64,000 nucleotides of DNA from an uncultured virus (IMG/VR IMGVR_UViG_3300046557_000419) (Duplodnaviria > Heunggongvirae > Uroviricota > Caudoviricetes): positions 1-64,000 of IMG/VR virus record IMGVR_UViG_3300046557_000419; one strand, given 5' to 3'. Position 1 is the first letter of the stretch; each line of letters starts with the position of its first letter. Below are positions 36,566-46,936 of this stretch, in pieces. The notes under the pieces were generated by a model that was not told the DNA's origin, did not search any database, and saw only the letters and a program-made list of their open reading frames with translations. Made by a program: the position numbers and the translations under genes.

Positions 36566-38002
36566 GTGACTGTTCAATATCTCCACGGCATCGAGACGAT
36601 CGAGCTCGATAGCCCCTCCGGCCCGGTCGAGACCGTCAAGTCCAACGTGATCGGCCTCGTCGGCACGGCGCCGGATGCTGACCCGGATATCTTCCCGCTC
36701 AACACTCCGGTGCCGGTGTTCGCCGACGCACTGAAGGCGGGTCAGCTGAAGTCGACCGGCACGCTGCTGGACGGCGTCGACGCGATCTACAGCCAGAAGT
36801 CGGCTGTCGTGGTCGTGGTCCGCGTCGCTGAAGGCGAGAGCCAGGAAGAGACCTGGTCCAATGCCGTGGGCTCGCCCAGCGGCAAGACCGGCATCTGGTC
36901 CCTGCTCAAGTCCCGTCCGATGCTCGGCCTCGTGCCGAAGCTTCTGGTCGCCCCCGGCCTCACCTCCGGCCGCCCGACCAATGGCGTGAAGGGCTTCGTC
37001 ATCGGCACCCAGGGCGCCGGCTACGTGCTCTCCACCACGAGCGTGACCATCGCTGCTCCCCCGACCGGTGGTCGTCAGGCAACGGCTGTGCCCCAGGTTG
37101 TCGGCGGCAAGCTGACCGGCATCATCCTCACCGACCCGGGTTACGGCTACGACACCGTTCCGGCGATCACCATCACGGGCGCGGGCACGGGCGCTGCGGC
37201 GACCGCAACCCTCGGCCACGTTGCCAACCCCGTTGGCGTCGCCTTCGCCTCGATCGTCGACCGCCTCCGCGCGGTGGCGTTCCTCGACGGCCCCGGCACC
37301 TCGTATGAGGACGCGGTCGAGTACCGCCAGGACTACGGCAGCCAGCGTATCTCGATCGTCGACCCCGGCGTTCTGAGCTGGGATACCGAGAACTCCATCT
37401 ACACGACCAAGCCCGCCTCCGCTTACGCGGCCGGCATCCAGGCTCGGATCGATGAGGAGAAGGGCTTCTGGTACTCGTTCTCGAACGAGCTGATCCAGAA
37501 CATCGGTGGCCCCGGCCGCCCGGTGGACTTCATGCCGAACGATCGCGACTGCGAAGCCAACCAGCTGAACAGCCAGCAGATCACGACCATCATCCACGAT
37601 GACGGTTTCCGGTTCTGGGGTCTGCGTGGCACCGGTACCGATCCGCTCTGGGCCCAGCTCTCCGTGCGCCGCACGGCGGACATGGTCTACGAGAGCTTGG
37701 AGCGCGCTGAGCGTTCGCGCCTCGACAAGCCGTTCAGCCTTCAGCTGCTGTCGGGCATCGAGGGCGACGTCAACAAGTACCTCCGCTTGCTCCGCGCTCG
37801 CGGCGCTCTGATCGGTGGCAAGGCCTGGATCGACCCGACCATCAACACCCCGGCGACGTTCGCTGCGGGCGAGTTGACCGTGGACTTCGATCTCGAGCCC
37901 CCGGCGTGCTTGGAGCACCTCCAGTTCCGCGCCTCGCGAAATCCGAACTACTACACGGACTTCATCGAGGAGTTCAACCGCACGATCGCCAACAACGGCT
38001 AA
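36566..38002 (+). CDS. Tail sheath protein
   Basis: YLHGIETIE, VIGLVGTAP, GFRFWG and SVRRTAD motifs. Confidence 0.95.
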   Translation: MTVQYLHGIETIELDSPSGPVETVKSNVIGLVGTAPDADPDIFPLNTPVPVFADALKAGQLKSTGTLLDGVDAIYSQKSAVVVVVRVAEGESQEETWSNAVGSPSGKTGIWSLLKSRPMLGLVPKLLVAPGLTSGRPTNGVKGFVIGTQGAGYVLSTTSVTIAAPPTGGRQATAVPQVVGGKLTGIILTDPGYGYDTVPAITITGAGTGAAATATLGHVANPVGVAFASIVDRLRAVAFLDGPGTSYEDAVEYRQDYGSQRISIVDPGVLSWDTENSIYTTKPASAYAAGIQARIDEEKGFWYSFSNELIQNIGGPGRPVDFMPNDRDCEANQLNSQQITTIIHDDGFRFWGLRGTGTDPLWAQLSVRRTADMVYESLERAERSRLDKPFSLQLLSGIEGDVNKYLRLLRARGALIGGKAWIDPTINTPATFAAGELTVDFDLEPPACLEHLQFRASRNPNYYTDFIEEFNRTIANNG

Positions 38003-38098
38003 GGCCGCGGCGCTCCACGGCATCCACAACAACAAAGCTAGTCATGAGCCGCTCGGTCCATATGGGTCGGGCGCGCTCTGGCTTGGCCGGAGACCTAC

Positions 38099-38623
38099 AT
38101 GGCAAACCTTCGCGACAGCAACATTTTCCAGGACTTCACGGTCTGGATCGACGACATCGGCAAGATCGGCGAAGCGCCGAACTTCCAGCCGCCCGAAATC
38201 AACATCCAGACGGAAGAGTTCCGCGGTGGTGGTATGGACGGCACGGCTGAGATCCCGATGGGGATCGACAAGATCGAGTTCGACTTCAGCCTTCACACCT
38301 GGGACGAGCAGATCTGGCAGAACCTCGGCTACGGCCCGGGCTCGCTCGATGTGCCGATCACTTTCCGCGGCTATCTGCTCACCGCGAGCGGCGCCGAGAA
38401 GGGCGTCGTCATCGACACCCACTGCCTGATCAAGGCCATCAAGCCGAGCAAAGTCGAAGCCGGCAAGAAGGCTGACGTCACGGTCAGCCTGGTGGCGAAC
38501 TATTACAAGCATACCATCGACGGCACCGTCGTCACCGAGATCGACGTGTTCAACAAGATCACGATCATCGGCGGTACGGACCAGAGCGCAAACGCTCGGC
38601 GGATCCTCGGCTTCACCTACTAA
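38099..38623 (+). CDS. Tail tube protein (P2 FII-like)
   Basis: EEFRGGGMDG; YYK..IDG....EID. Confidence 0.93.
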   Translation: MANLRDSNIFQDFTVWIDDIGKIGEAPNFQPPEINIQTEEFRGGGMDGTAEIPMGIDKIEFDFSLHTWDEQIWQNLGYGPGSLDVPITFRGYLLTASGAEKGVVIDTHCLIKAIKPSKVEAGKKADVTVSLVANYYKHTIDGTVVTEIDVFNKITIIGGTDQSANARRILGFTY

Positions 38624-38653
38624 GGCGTAGCCGGAGAGATCATTCTACCCACT

Positions 38654-38688
38654 GGCCTCGCCCTAACCGGCGGGGCCTTTTTCTTTCT
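38654..38688 (+). terminator. Rho-independent terminator
   Basis: GGCCTCGCC-CTAACC-GGCGGGGCC followed by a T tract. Confidence 0.8.
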
Positions 38689-38716
38689 GTGCAAGATACA
38701 AGGCGTGCAAACCAAA

Positions 38717-38998
38717 ATGGCTACCGAGAAAAAGAAGTTCGACCTCAAGTTCCCCTTCGAATACCGCGGCGCGACCTACGTCGAGTTCAATGCTCGTCGT
38801 CCGAAGGTCCGCGACATCCGCAACTTCATCAAGAACGTCGAGAAAGACGGCATGGGCGCGATGGAGAAGGCGCTGGCCGACCTGTTCGAGGTCGACAACG
38901 TCATCATCGCCGAGATCGACTCCGAAGACTTCGGCCCGATGAAGATCTGGTTCGAAAGTTTTTTGGAGAAAATGACGAACGGATCGGACGAATCCTAA
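38717..38998 (+). CDS. Tail assembly chaperone (gpE-like)
   Basis: LKFP...RRPKVRD...ID.EDF. Confidence 0.85.
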   Translation: MATEKKKFDLKFPFEYRGATYVEFNARRPKVRDIRNFIKNVEKDGMGAMEKALADLFEVDNVIIAEIDSEDFGPMKIWFESFLEKMTNGSDES

Positions 38999-39156
38999 TC
39001 GACAGCTTCCCGATCTTCGAGCGCTTCCACTGGACGCTCGAAGACGTGGAGCAGTTGGAATGGGACGACTTCGTCCTCATCGCTGAAGGCGTCAAGGCGC
39101 TCAACCAGCGAGACGCTGACGAAATAGCGCGGCTACGCGCGGCTCAGGGCAAATAG
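38958..39156 (+). CDS. -1 frameshift extension of the chaperone (E+E')
   Basis: GTTTTTTG slippery site; the -1 frame encodes FHWTLEDVEQL. Confidence 0.75.
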
Positions 39157-39195
39157 CCCTGGGCCTTCTTTTTTTTGTGACTCCGGGGAGCGGCA

Positions 39196-42100
39196 ATGTC
39201 CGACAACAATCTCGACATCAGGGCCCGCCTTACTGGCGAAGATCGGCTGTCCCCGACCGTCGTGAAGCTCATGGCCAAGATCAAGAGCCTCGAAGACCAG
39301 ATGAAGCGGTTCGGTGACAAGGCGCGGGCCTCGATCACCGACATCCCTATGGAAGGCTACGTCAAGAAGCTCACCAAGGCCGGGACCGAGCTGAATGGTC
39401 TGACGAAAAAGCACATGGAGTGGGCCAAGGCGAACGGCGTCGGCAACAAGGATGCCGCCCTGTCCTGGGGCAAGCTCACCAACGAAATCATCCGCCTGAA
39501 GGGCGAGCACGAGAAATTCACCAACTCTTCGGCGAAGGGCGCCAAGACGCGAGCGGCGAACGCCGAGAAGGAGCTGAAGCTCCAGTACAAGAACGCGGTC
39601 GCGTTCAAGTATCTCTACAACAAGGTCGGCGACCAGCGCCTCGACATTGCTCGCCGCGTGACCGAGCAAGAGGGCAACCTCGAAGCGGCCCACCTGCGCA
39701 ACCAGGAGCGCCGGCACCAGCGCTACCTTGGAAATGTCGCCAAGATGCGCCGCGATGCGATGCGCAGCTTTGGCATGATGTCAAACATCGGCAGTCGAGC
39801 CGGTCCATACGCGGCTGCCACAGCTGCTGCGACCGGATACGCCGGAGTCAGCGCCTTCAAGGCTCGTATGAAGGTCGACACGGCCGAGACGAACATGCGG
39901 ATGTTCGCGGAAATGTCTCAGGACCAGGTCAAAGACCTGCGCAAGAACTGGGGCAACAAGGCCGCCATCCGGTACGGCATGGGTCCGGCTGAGACGCTCG
40001 ACGCCTACACGGAAACCCGGAAAGCAGGCATCCCGGAGAAGTACGCCCAGAGCGTCACTGACACCATTATGAAGGCTGGTGCTGGCCTCGATCTGGATCT
40101 CAAGGAGACGACCCGCTTCGCCACCAGATTGGCGACCCTGACGCAGGATATGACCAACCTCGATCCTGCAAAGCTGAAGTCGATGCTCAACTCGGTTGCC
40201 ATCGCTGGTATCGCGACAGCTGCCGACCCGAACGAAATCATCGCCGCCAACCGGCGCGCGTCGGGCGCATTCTCATCTTCCAAGATGAGCCCGAATGACC
40301 TGTCTGCGTTCACTGGCGCCGGCATCTCGGCCGGTTTGCCTTCGTCCAAAACCGGCACCTTCATAGGCTTCCTCGTCAACGAATTGGTCGGCGGCAAGTT
40401 TGCCCGCGGCCAGCGAGCCCAAGACCTTGGCAAGGCTTCGAACATGCTCGGCCTCGGTGGTCGTCAGGCGATGTCTTCCAAGATGGCATCCAACCCGACC
40501 GAAACGCTGCTCCAAATCTTCGAAAAGATGGGCGGCATGTCTGAGGAGAAGAGGTCTCAGGTTGCGACGTTGCTCGGTATGAGGGAGTGGCGCGACGAGT
40601 TGCAAACCTTCGTTCAGGTCCGCGACGACGTGCGTCGCACGCTGACGGAGATCCAAGACCCGAAGAATGCGAACAGGCTCGACGATATCAGCGACTCGAA
40701 GCTGAAGTCGTTGTCTGGCCGTTGGAAGTCGCTCGTTGCAGCTCTCACCATCGTGTGGGAGTCGGTCGGCGCCGGCTTCGAGAAGGCGTTCGGTCAGATC
40801 ACCGACTTCTTCACCGACTATCTCGGCAGGCTTGACACCAAAAAGATCAGCGACACCGTCGAGGCGTTCACGGACGGCCTGGTGGAAGGTCTCGGCTTTA
40901 ACAATTGGACCGAGATGCTCAAGGCAGCCTTCGGTGATCCCTCGACCGTTAAGGGTGCTGCCAAGGAGGTCGGAGGCTTCACGAAGGGTTTCATGACCTC
41001 AATGAAGGACATGTGGACCACCTTCAAGATGATCTGGGAGGGCATGATGAAGGTCGCAGGCGTTGTGCCTGGCGACCCGGAGTCGATCGGCCGTTTCACC
41101 GGCAAGATGGTCGAGCTGGCTGTGGCAATGAAGGCGATCGGCACGTTGGCCGACTCGCTTGCAGGCATCGTGACCTTCGTAAAGGGTCTCGTTTCTGCTG
41201 TCATGGTTGCTCCGGAGTTCTTTGCTGCCATCTCTGGCGGCACTCTCGGAGCCTACCTCGGCAAGAAGGCCCGTGAGTACGTGGATGGCGGCGGCTCCGC
41301 TCCGGAGCGCAAGCCCGGCGAGCGCCATATGGGGAGCACTCCTCCCTCCATGCAGAAAAGGATCGACGATTATACGCTCAAGCAGCTGTATCACCCGTCG
41401 AACTACACCGGGGCGACTGACTTCTCGGGTCGGCGCCGCACGGGCGATCTGTCTGACAGCCTGAACAAGTTCACCGGCAAGGTCGAGCTTGCTGCTTTCC
41501 GCAACGGAAGCGGCGGGCTGCAATACGCGGCGGTCGGCGGCGGCTCAGGACGCGGTCTGTCCTCCTCTGGAGGCGGCGGCTTCAGCGGCGGCCTTCTCGG
41601 TGGTGTCCCGAGTTTGCTCAAGAGCACGCCGGGTTCGGCTCTCCCCGATTTCGGGGTGGGTCGAAGCGGCAGCATCATCGGTCGCGACAAGGTCGGCGCT
41701 CTCACGGGCGCGAACAAGTCCCCGTCCTTCGGAGCCTCTCCTGGCGGTGTTGCCGACATGAGCGTTGGGCAAGGACTCGCTGGAAATGCGTTCCTCGCTG
41801 CGCGTCGTGCCAAGTTTGCTGAGGAGATCAAGAACGATCCGACCTTGGCGATGCACCTTGCTGCCATGCAGGCGACTGAGGGCGCGAGCAAGGGTGGGAC
41901 GATCGAGAGTCTGATGAACCGTGCAGACATGCAGGGCAAGTCTCTCCGGCAAATGCTCGGCTACAGCGCTGATGGCGTAAGCAGCACGGACAGCAGGGGC
42001 CGGCAGAACAGCTTCTACGGTCCCATTCGTCGTCAAGAACTGCCGGCTGCGATCCGCAGACTGCAGAACAACCCGAAAGAGTTCGCGAAGTACAACGCGC

Positions 42101-42561
42101 TCACTCAGAGGGCTCTTGCTGGCGGTCACGTCATCGGTGGCTATACCGACCAAGGCTTGCCCACCGATCCCAACGGATCGGCAAGGACCGGCATCGCGGG
42201 CTTCAAGATCAGCCCGAAGGATGGCAACGAGTTCACGGACTGGGTTGGTCCCGGATCGAAATTCGGTCGCGGACGCAACGGTGCGATGAACTATCGCAAG
42301 TTCATCGAGCAGGGCATTGCTGGAAGTAACAGCAGCCCGATCGGCAACGTTCCGACGCCGAGTCAGTCCATCCAGAACGTTCCATTGCCTTCGTCAGGTG
42401 CTGGAGCAGGGGCGGGCGACGTCAGGTCCTCCTCGGGACCGGTGGCGATCCACATCAATGGAAGCAGCCACGATCCGGAAGCACTGGCAACCCTGGTGCA
42501 GCGTCGGATCGACGAGAGCATGAACTGGCGCACTCACGACACCAGCAGCGAATACACCTAA
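39196..42561 (+). CDS. Tape measure protein
   Basis: 1121-aa helical protein after the chaperones. Confidence 0.9.
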   Translation: MSDNNLDIRARLTGEDRLSPTVVKLMAKIKSLEDQMKRFGDKARASITDIPMEGYVKKLTKAGTELNGLTKKHMEWAKANGVGNKDAALSWGKLTNEIIRLKGEHEKFTNSSAKGAKTRAANAEKELKLQYKNAVAFKYLYNKVGDQRLDIARRVTEQEGNLEAAHLRNQERRHQRYLGNVAKMRRDAMRSFGMMSNIGSRAGPYAAATAAATGYAGVSAFKARMKVDTAETNMRMFAEMSQDQVKDLRKNWGNKAAIRYGMGPAETLDAYTETRKAGIPEKYAQSVTDTIMKAGAGLDLDLKETTRFATRLATLTQDMTNLDPAKLKSMLNSVAIAGIATAADPNEIIAANRRASGAFSSSKMSPNDLSAFTGAGISAGLPSSKTGTFIGFLVNELVGGKFARGQRAQDLGKASNMLGLGGRQAMSSKMASNPTETLLQIFEKMGGMSEEKRSQVATLLGMREWRDELQTFVQVRDDVRRTLTEIQDPKNANRLDDISDSKLKSLSGRWKSLVAALTIVWESVGAGFEKAFGQITDFFTDYLGRLDTKKISDTVEAFTDGLVEGLGFNNWTEMLKAAFGDPSTVKGAAKEVGGFTKGFMTSMKDMWTTFKMIWEGMMKVAGVVPGDPESIGRFTGKMVELAVAMKAIGTLADSLAGIVTFVKGLVSAVMVAPEFFAAISGGTLGAYLGKKAREYVDGGGSAPERKPGERHMGSTPPSMQKRIDDYTLKQLYHPSNYTGATDFSGRRRTGDLSDSLNKFTGKVELAAFRNGSGGLQYAAVGGGSGRGLSSSGGGGFSGGLLGGVPSLLKSTPGSALPDFGVGRSGSIIGRDKVGALTGANKSPSFGASPGGVADMSVGQGLAGNAFLAARRAKFAEEIKNDPTLAMHLAAMQATEGASKGGTIESLMNRADMQGKSLRQMLGYSADGVSSTDSRGRQNSFYGPIRRQELPAAIRRLQNNPKEFAKYNALTQRALAGGHVIGGYTDQGLPTDPNGSARTGIAGFKISPKDGNEFTDWVGPGSKFGRGRNGAMNYRKFIEQGIAGSNSSPIGNVPTPSQSIQNVPLPSSGAGAGAGDVRSSSGPVAIHINGSSHDPEALATLVQRRIDESMNWRTHDTSSEYT

Positions 42562-42620
42562 CAAACTCAACCCTGGCCCTACGGGGCCGGGGCTTCTTTC
42601 CCCAACATCAGAGGAAATCA

Positions 42621-43127
42621 ATGGCTGACGTTCTACTCGGGCTTGGCTCGCAAGACCCCAATGCGACTGACGAGACCGGTCTGATCCTCTTCTACGTGCC
42701 AGCGAAGGGCATCGACACCCCAAACTTCGAGTCAATTCAGCGCGACGCGCAATACACCTGGACCTCGGCCGATCGCCTCTCGCGCGATCCTGCGATGCAG
42801 TTCACCGGCCCGGGCGAAGATAACGTGGTCATCGATGGCCGCATGTTCCCCTACCACTTCGGTGGCCTCTCCACGCTGGAGCGACTGCGTGCGGCCGGCC
42901 GCGCCGGCAAGCCGATGCTCCTGGTGCGCTTCTATCCGCTGACCAATCCGGACGGGTACGGCTCCGAGGTCATCGGCAACTACGCGATCAAGCGGGTCCG
43001 CACCGTGGAGTCGAAGATCGGCAGGATCGGTATCGCTCACAAAGTCGAGTTCACCGTCGAGCTTCAGCGCTATGGCGACGATCTCTCCTCGACAACCGAT
43101 CTGCTCCAGGAAGTGGTGAACAGCTAA
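42621..43127 (+). CDS. Tail protein U (P2 gpU-like)
   Basis: PAMQFTGPGED; EFTVELQRY. Confidence 0.88.
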   Translation: MADVLLGLGSQDPNATDETGLILFYVPAKGIDTPNFESIQRDAQYTWTSADRLSRDPAMQFTGPGEDNVVIDGRMFPYHFGGLSTLERLRAAGRAGKPMLLVRFYPLTNPDGYGSEVIGNYAIKRVRTVESKIGRIGIAHKVEFTVELQRYGDDLSSTTDLLQEVVNS

Positions 43128-43348
43128 TGTCGACGTACATCACCAAGCTCTACGATCGGCTCGATAAGATCTGCTACGCCCGATACGGTTCCACCGACAA
43201 CGACATTGTCGAGTGGGTCATCGAGCAGAATTACGGCATCGAGCTGCATGGGGTCCTGCTGCCAATTGGCGTCACGATCAATCTGCCGGAAGCGCCGCGA
43301 CAGCTGACGCAGGCTCCGGTCGTCCCACAGCTCTTCCTCTGGAAATAA
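43127..43348 (+). CDS. Tail protein X (LysM-like)
   Basis: DRLDKICYARYG...LPIGVTINLP...LW. Confidence 0.9.
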   Translation: MSTYITKLYDRLDKICYARYGSTDNDIVEWVIEQNYGIELHGVLLPIGVTINLPEAPRQLTQAPVVPQLFLWK

Positions 43349-43375
43349 TTCCCCCTGGCTCCGAGAGAGTCAGAC

Positions 43376-43408
43376 AGGGCCGTCCTTCGGGGCGGCCTTT
43401 TGCTTTTT
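43376..43408 (+). terminator. Rho-independent terminator
   Basis: GGCCGTCC-TTCG-GGGCGGCC followed by a T tract. Confidence 0.7.
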
Positions 43409-43419
43409 AGGAGGCATGC

Positions 43420-44595
43420 GTGACCACCGGCTACACCCCGATCTTCCGGGTATTCAAGGGCGGAGAGGATATCACTGGTCGACTCAATGACCGGACGCTC
43501 CAGATCAAGGTCGACCTCCAGTCCGGCAATGGCAACGACGACCAATGCACCATCCTCCTCGACGACCGCGACTGGCGCATCGCTCGGCCGCTGGTTGGTG
43601 AGGATCTTCAGATCTGGCTCGGCTACACCGAGGTCGGGCTCGCTTATATGGGGACGTTCGAGATTGACGACGTCACGTTCCTTGGGCCGCCCAGGAACAT
43701 CAAGCTGGTCGGCAAATCGACCGGGTCCAGCAACATCCAGAAGGCTCCCGCGATCCGGGAGTTTGCCAACGCGACGGTTAGCCAAATCCTTGGTCACATG
43801 GCTGGGCAGACCGGACTCGGCACGGCGATCTCTGGCGGGCTCGGAGACATCCAAATCCCGTTCAAGAACCAGATCACCAGCAACCTGCACATGATCCACG
43901 AGCTGGAGCGCCTCACGGGCGCGGTAGCCAAGGTCGTGGATGGCAAGCTGATGTTCGTCAAGCGCGACGGTGCCGAGTCGGCAAGCGGAGTGGCCATGCC
44001 CACGCTCGTCCTGCACCCGGAACACTTCGGCACCTGGCAGGTCCGCTACACCAGCAAGCCTGGTTACGGAGAGGTCAAGGCCGCGTGGTTCGACAAAGAC
44101 GAGATGGTCCGGAAATGGGTCGGCTCGGCCGTGAGCAGCGGCGATGGTGGCGTCGGTCTGGCTAAGAAATTCGGCGGCGCATTCAACATTGGCCAGCTCT
44201 TCAACTCTGAAGCGGAGGCGAAGGCCGCTGCTGGATCACAGGCAGAGAATTTCAAGCGTGCAGAAGTTCAGGCGACCTTCGATCTCGCCAAGGGAGACCC
44301 TTGGATCAGGGATCAGCAGACGCTGCTGGTGACCGGAATGCGCGACGGCATCGACGGATCGTACGTCATCGACAAAGTCACCCACACCTACATCAAGAGC
44401 ACCGGCATTAAATCTCAGATGGAGTGCAAGGCGCCGGGTGACGGCTCGAATTACGAGGAAGCGTCCAAGGAGTTCATGCGGCCAGGTCCGGGCGAGTTGC
44501 TCGGCGAATACCTCCGCACCCACCCCAACATCAACCCCGGCGATCTGTCGCAGAGCGACATCGATGCGATCAGCCAGGGCGGGTTCGCCCGATAA
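43420..44595 (+). CDS. Baseplate hub / late control D protein
   Basis: DIT..LNDR; WLGY...MG.F.ID; IDG.Y.I..VTH. Confidence 0.9.
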   Translation: MTTGYTPIFRVFKGGEDITGRLNDRTLQIKVDLQSGNGNDDQCTILLDDRDWRIARPLVGEDLQIWLGYTEVGLAYMGTFEIDDVTFLGPPRNIKLVGKSTGSSNIQKAPAIREFANATVSQILGHMAGQTGLGTAISGGLGDIQIPFKNQITSNLHMIHELERLTGAVAKVVDGKLMFVKRDGAESASGVAMPTLVLHPEHFGTWQVRYTSKPGYGEVKAAWFDKDEMVRKWVGSAVSSGDGGVGLAKKFGGAFNIGQLFNSEAEAKAAAGSQAENFKRAEVQATFDLAKGDPWIRDQQTLLVTGMRDGIDGSYVIDKVTHTYIKSTGIKSQMECKAPGDGSNYEEASKEFMRPGPGELLGEYLRTHPNINPGDLSQSDIDAISQGGFAR

Positions 44596-44610
44596 ACCAA
44601 CGAGTATCAC

Positions 44611-45783
44611 ATGTTCAGTCAAGAGATCATCGACGCCATCGTGCAGGCGGCGAAGGCCAAGGGTTGGCCTGCTTCTGCGCTGCTTGCGGTCGTGGAATGC
44701 GAGACGTCCGGCAAGCCGTTCGAGCAGGACAATCACACGCCCTCGCTGCTGTTCGAGCGCCACAAGTTCTATTCGGAACTCACGAAGCATCAGCCCAGCA
44801 AGCTGAAGGCCGCCATCATGGCAGGTCTCGCGATCCCGAAGTGGAGTCGCAACACCCAGTACAAGGACCAGGGCACGTCGGCCGGCCGCCTGAACGTCAT
44901 CGCCAAAGCGCGAGCGATCGACGAGGAGGTCGCCAACCGCGCGGCATCCTGGGGCCTCGGTCAGACCATGGGCTTCAACGCCGAGAGTCTGCACTATCCC
45001 AACGCGACCGAAATGGTCGACGAGCTGTCGAAAGGCATCGCCGAGCAGGTCGACGCGCTGGTGCGGGAGATCTCGGTGAACCACCTGGACAAGTTCCTGG
45101 TGGCCAAGAACTTCGCCTCGTTTGCTCGCGGCTACAATGGCGCCGGCTACAAGCAGAACAACTACGACACCCGCATGAAGACTGCAGATGAGCGCTGGCA
45201 GCGGCGCCTGGAGCAGATCGCGGGCGGCGAGTTCTATCCCAAGCCCGGCAAGACCATCACGCTGGTCTACCAGACCAAACTGAAGGAGCTGGGGTTCAGC
45301 ATCGGCAAGGTCGATGGCGATTGGGGTGACCTGACCACGGGTGCTTGCTCCGCCTTCCAGCGGCGTGAGGGCCTGAAGATCACGGGCCATCCGAACGATG
45401 AGACCACTGCTGTCCTCGACAAGACCGAGGACAAGCGTGAGGTCTCCCCCGAGCGATCCTCGGCCACTGTCGATGACCTGCGCTCTGCGGGCTCGCAGAC
45501 GGTCGCCACGGCCGACAAGGGTTCGCTGATGTCGAAGATCATGGTCGGCGCGGGCGCACTCGGCGGCGCGTCGCAAAGCGGCCTGCTCGATAAGGCGCAG
45601 GGTGTGGTCGACAAGGTCCAGCAGTTCCAGGGGATCATGGACAGCGTCCACAACCTAGCAACTGCGCTGGCTCCCTACTGGTGGGTCGGAGTGATCGTGG
45701 TCGGCTTCGTCACCTGGAAGCTCTACGGCGACGTCATCAAGCATCGCCTGCAAGACCACCAAACCGGAGTTCATCTTGGATAA
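44611..45783 (+). CDS. Endolysin: N-acetylmuramidase (DUF3380-like) + PG-binding domain + C-terminal TM
   Basis: LFERHKF, SWGLGQTMGFN, YNG..Y..N.YD; DGDWG..T..A...FQ. Confidence 0.9.
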   Translation: MFSQEIIDAIVQAAKAKGWPASALLAVVECETSGKPFEQDNHTPSLLFERHKFYSELTKHQPSKLKAAIMAGLAIPKWSRNTQYKDQGTSAGRLNVIAKARAIDEEVANRAASWGLGQTMGFNAESLHYPNATEMVDELSKGIAEQVDALVREISVNHLDKFLVAKNFASFARGYNGAGYKQNNYDTRMKTADERWQRRLEQIAGGEFYPKPGKTITLVYQTKLKELGFSIGKVDGDWGDLTTGACSAFQRREGLKITGHPNDETTAVLDKTEDKREVSPERSSATVDDLRSAGSQTVATADKGSLMSKIMVGAGALGGASQSGLLDKAQGVVDKVQQFQGIMDSVHNLATALAPYWWVGVIVVGFVTWKLYGDVIKHRLQDHQTGVHLG

Positions 45784-45787
45784 CGTA

Positions 45788-46267
45788 ATGGAGAAAGCCG
45801 CAGCCCTCAGGGCAGCGGTCGGGTTCTATTGGGCAAAAGCCCAGGGACTGTTCATCGGCTGGAAGGGCAAGGCCATCGCGGCCTCGCTCGTTCTGGTCAT
45901 CGTCGCTGGCTACGCTCACCACCTGGGCGCCGCCGGCAAGGCCGACCTGAAGGCTCAGGTCAGGCAGCTCAAAGAAGATCTCGCTCAAGCTGACGAGAGG
46001 GCGGCCAAACCGGCCCCGCAGCCCGAGATCCCGTACTGGCAGTGCAATGGTCCGAAAGAGACCCGCCACCCGAAGTGTCCGGACGACAGCGCAGCCGATC
46101 AGCGCGCAGTCGAGCTGAAAACCCAGCTCGCTGAGTCCGAAGAGGCGAAAGCCAATCTCGAAAAAAAGGTCAAGGACTATGAAACGCAGCTGGCTCACCG
46201 GCCTGCGAAGGGCGGCTCTCATAAGCTGTCTCCCGCTGACGCTCGCAGCCTGTCAAACATCCGGTAA
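45788..46267 (+). CDS. Putative i-spanin
   Basis: TM segment plus coiled coil after the endolysin. Confidence 0.6.
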   Translation: MEKAAALRAAVGFYWAKAQGLFIGWKGKAIAASLVLVIVAGYAHHLGAAGKADLKAQVRQLKEDLAQADERAAKPAPQPEIPYWQCNGPKETRHPKCPDDSAADQRAVELKTQLAESEEAKANLEKKVKDYETQLAHRPAKGGSHKLSPADARSLSNIR

Positions 46268-46475
46268 CAAAGCTCCCATCGAGAGCCGGATGGACGTCAC
46301 GCCCTGTCTGAGGGTCGCACAGACGGTCCCCATGCCACCCATCAAGGCCGGCATGGACTCCCGCGCTGTGCTCGCCCGGTATCGACAGGCGCTCATCAAC
46401 GCAAACACAAACATCGACGACACGAAGGCCTGCATGGCCATGCTCGATCGAGCGGAACAGGAAGGCTACTTCTAA
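46179..46475 (+). CDS. Putative o-spanin lipoprotein
   Basis: Lipobox LAAC; overlaps the i-spanin. Confidence 0.65.
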   Translation: MKRSWLTGLRRAALISCLPLTLAACQTSGNKAPIESRMDVTPCLRVAQTVPMPPIKAGMDSRAVLARYRQALINANTNIDDTKACMAMLDRAEQEGYF

Positions 46476-46810
46476 TGGACTTCACGCAAGCACTCCCTTA
46501 CGTGATGCCCTTCGTGGGTCTATTCGGCCTCATCTCGGGCATCTGGTACCGGGTCGAGGGCAAGATCAACGCTGGCGTCGCTGACGCCAAGGCCGCAGGC
46601 CTCGCTGCTCAGAAGCGGGCAGAGGAGGCTGACAAGGCTCTCTCCAGCTTCAAGCTGGAAGTCGTGCGAGAGTACGCCTCCTGGGACACCGTCAAGGCGA
46701 TCGAGTCCAGGTTGACCGAGCGCATGGACAATCTCTCGGAGCAGGTGATGAAGATGCCCGACCAGATCGTCAACCGAATGGTGGACATGATCAAGCTCTC
46801 CAACAAATAA
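46475..46810 (+). CDS. Membrane protein (holin-like)
   Basis: N-terminal TM segment plus coiled coil. Confidence 0.55.
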   Translation: MDFTQALPYVMPFVGLFGLISGIWYRVEGKINAGVADAKAAGLAAQKRAEEADKALSSFKLEVVREYASWDTVKAIESRLTERMDNLSEQVMKMPDQIVNRMVDMIKLSNK

Positions 46811-46936
46811 GGCTTGACCGTCTCGTTTGCATTCTGATATTTGCATGAATGCAAAAGTTGTGCTATCCCCGAGGCCGAAATCTCGGGGGTAGGCACTCCC
46901 TCGTGGTTCCGGGTTCCCAACCAACCACAGGGCAAA

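Noticed and set aside
46826..46855. Sigma54 promoter reading of the TTGCA motifs
   Set aside because: No TGGCAC -24 element; the motif is palindromic
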